DNA of 48,191 nt from Octopus bimaculoides (Eukaryota). Below are positions 46,400 to 48,191 of the stretch, piece after piece (within the stretch, counting starts at the first letter, position 1; every line of letters starts with the position of its first letter). Below the pieces are notes generated by a model. It did no database searches, was not told the origin of the DNA, and saw nothing but the letters and a program-made list of their open reading frames with translations. Made by a program: the position numbers and the translations under genes. The stretch is from the NCBI RefSeq assembly GCF_001194135.2, contig NC_069007.1:9987262-10035452 (forward strand), in the 5' to 3' direction.

Positions 46400-47580
46400 T
46401 GTGGGTGTATGTGTGTGTGTATGTGAATGCACATGTATGTGTGTGCATGTGTATGCTTGTGTGTGTGTATGTGCATTTTTATATGTGCATATGTATGTGC
46501 ATACATGTCTGTATCTGTGTGTATGTATGTACATATGTGTGTGCATAAGTGTATGTGAATGCACATCTGTGTGTGTGTATATATGTGAGTTTGTGTGTGT
46601 TTGTGTGCACATGCGTTTTTGTGTGTATACATGTTTATATNNNNNNNNNNNNNNNNNNNNNNNNNNNNNNNNNNNNNNNNNNNNNNNNNNNNNNNNNNNN
46701 NNNNNNNNNNNNNNNNNNNNNNNNNNNNNNNNNNNNNNNNNNNNNNNNNNNNNNNNNNNNNNNNNNNNNNNNNNNNNNNNNNNNNNNNNNNNNNNNNNNN
46801 NNNNNNNNNNNNNNNNNNNNNNNNNNNNNNNNNNNNNNNNNNNNNNNNNNNNNNNNNNNNNNNNNNNNNNNNNNNNNNNNNNNNNNNNNNNNNNNNNNNN
46901 NNNNNNNNNNNNNNNNNNNNNNNNNNNNNNNNNNNNNNNNNNNNNNNNNNNNNNNNNNNNNNNNNNNNNNNNNNNNNNNNNNNNNNNNNNNNNNNNNNNN
47001 NNNNNNNNNNNNNNNNNNNNNNNNNNNNNNNNNNNNNNNNNNNNNNNNNNNNNNNNNNNNNNNNNNNNNNNNNNNNNNNNNNNNNNNNNNNNNNNNNNNN
47101 NNNNNNNNNNNNNNNNNNNNNNNNNNNNNNNNNNNNNNNNNNNNNNNNNNNNNNNNNNNNNNNNNNNNNNNNNNNNNNNNNNNNNNNNNNNNNNNNNNNN
47201 NNNNNNNNNNNNNNNNNNNNNNNNNNNNNNNNNNNNNNNNNTATACATGTGTCTTTGAATTTGTATGAGTTTGTGTGTGCATATATGTGTTTGTGAGAGT
47301 ACATGTGTGTATGTGAGTGTGTTTCTAGGCATGTGGGTTTGTGTATTTGCACCTGTATGTGTGTGTATAAGTGTGTGTGTTTGTATGTGTGAAAGTGTGT
47401 TTGTTTGTGTGTGTGTGTAAGTGTGTTTGTGCATGTGTATGAGTGTGTGAGGTTGTTTTTGTTTGTGTGTGTGTGAGAGTTTGTGTTTATATGTAAGTGT
47501 GTATGTATGTGTGAGTGTGTGTGTTTGTATGTGTGTGTGTTTTTGCATGCGTGTGTGTGGGTGTGTGTGTGTGTATACGC
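46400..47580. repeat. TG-rich cryptic simple sequence spanning a gap
   Basis: Visible directly. Confidence 0.95.
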
Positions 47581-47788
47581 TTCTGTCTGTGTATATACGT
47601 GTGAGAGGTGGGGAAACACATCTGTTAATACATTGCCAATATCAAATCCAAACCACTGCAGTTTCTCGTTAGAAGTATATCGTTAACAAGAAAACTGTAT
47701 ACTTACCAATCTGAGATATTTCCTGCAGTTAATCTTTTAATGTGCTTCTCAACCCAGGCTTTAAGCTGTTATCTATTTATTTTTGTTT

Positions 47789-47833
<45 letters not shown>

Positions 47834-48156
47834 GTGTGTGTTTCCATATACATATACATACACACGTATTTGTATGTATGTGTATATGTATATATTTCAT
47901 ATACACATACATATGGATATATATGGGGTTGGTGAGTGCATGTATCTCTGTATGTATGTGTGTGTATATATACACACACACACAGACACACATACACGCA
48001 CATGTATGTGTATATATATATATATACGTATGTACGTAAATATATGTGTGTTTGTGTGTGTGTAAGTAAAAATCCAGACAAATGATAACAGGTGGAAGGA
48101 ATGTATTTATATGAACATTTGTACATAAGTTACACACATATATATATATATATATA

Positions 48157-48191
<35 letters not shown>

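Noticed and set aside
1-48191. CRISPR arrays, rRNA or prokaryotic operons
   Set aside because: No regularly spaced repeat-spacer units or rRNA motifs; the sequence is eukaryotic and the IS-like transposase is a Merlin.

Overview
Repeat-dense eukaryotic genomic DNA from a gapped short-read assembly. The SINE families and the extreme (TA)n/(CA)n content point to an octopus (inference). Only one intact host gene is supported: an intronless MCMDC2 (meiotic MCM pseudo-ATPase, 9437-11404, +). Upstream of it is a nested composite (3.6-8.1 kb): a Merlin/IS1595-type transposase broken by a single stop, then LTR - Gypsy integrase 3' end (minus strand) - spliced hexosaminidase D (HEXD) cDNA fragment (plus strand) - LTR, plus hAT-type termini. 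The rest is tRNA-derived SINEs of about four families, RTE and R4/Dong LINE fragments, mariner/Tc1 remnants, a decayed DDE transposase, a probable solo LTR and microsatellites. At least six minimal type I hammerhead-ribozyme-like motifs from unrelated short repeat units are present; they sit in tandem, inverted or fully palindromic arrangements typical of Penelope-like pseudo-LTRs or retrozymes. Nearly all long ORFs in the supplied track are artefacts of N gaps and microsatellites. All family assignments were made by eye from recalled motifs; no searches were run.
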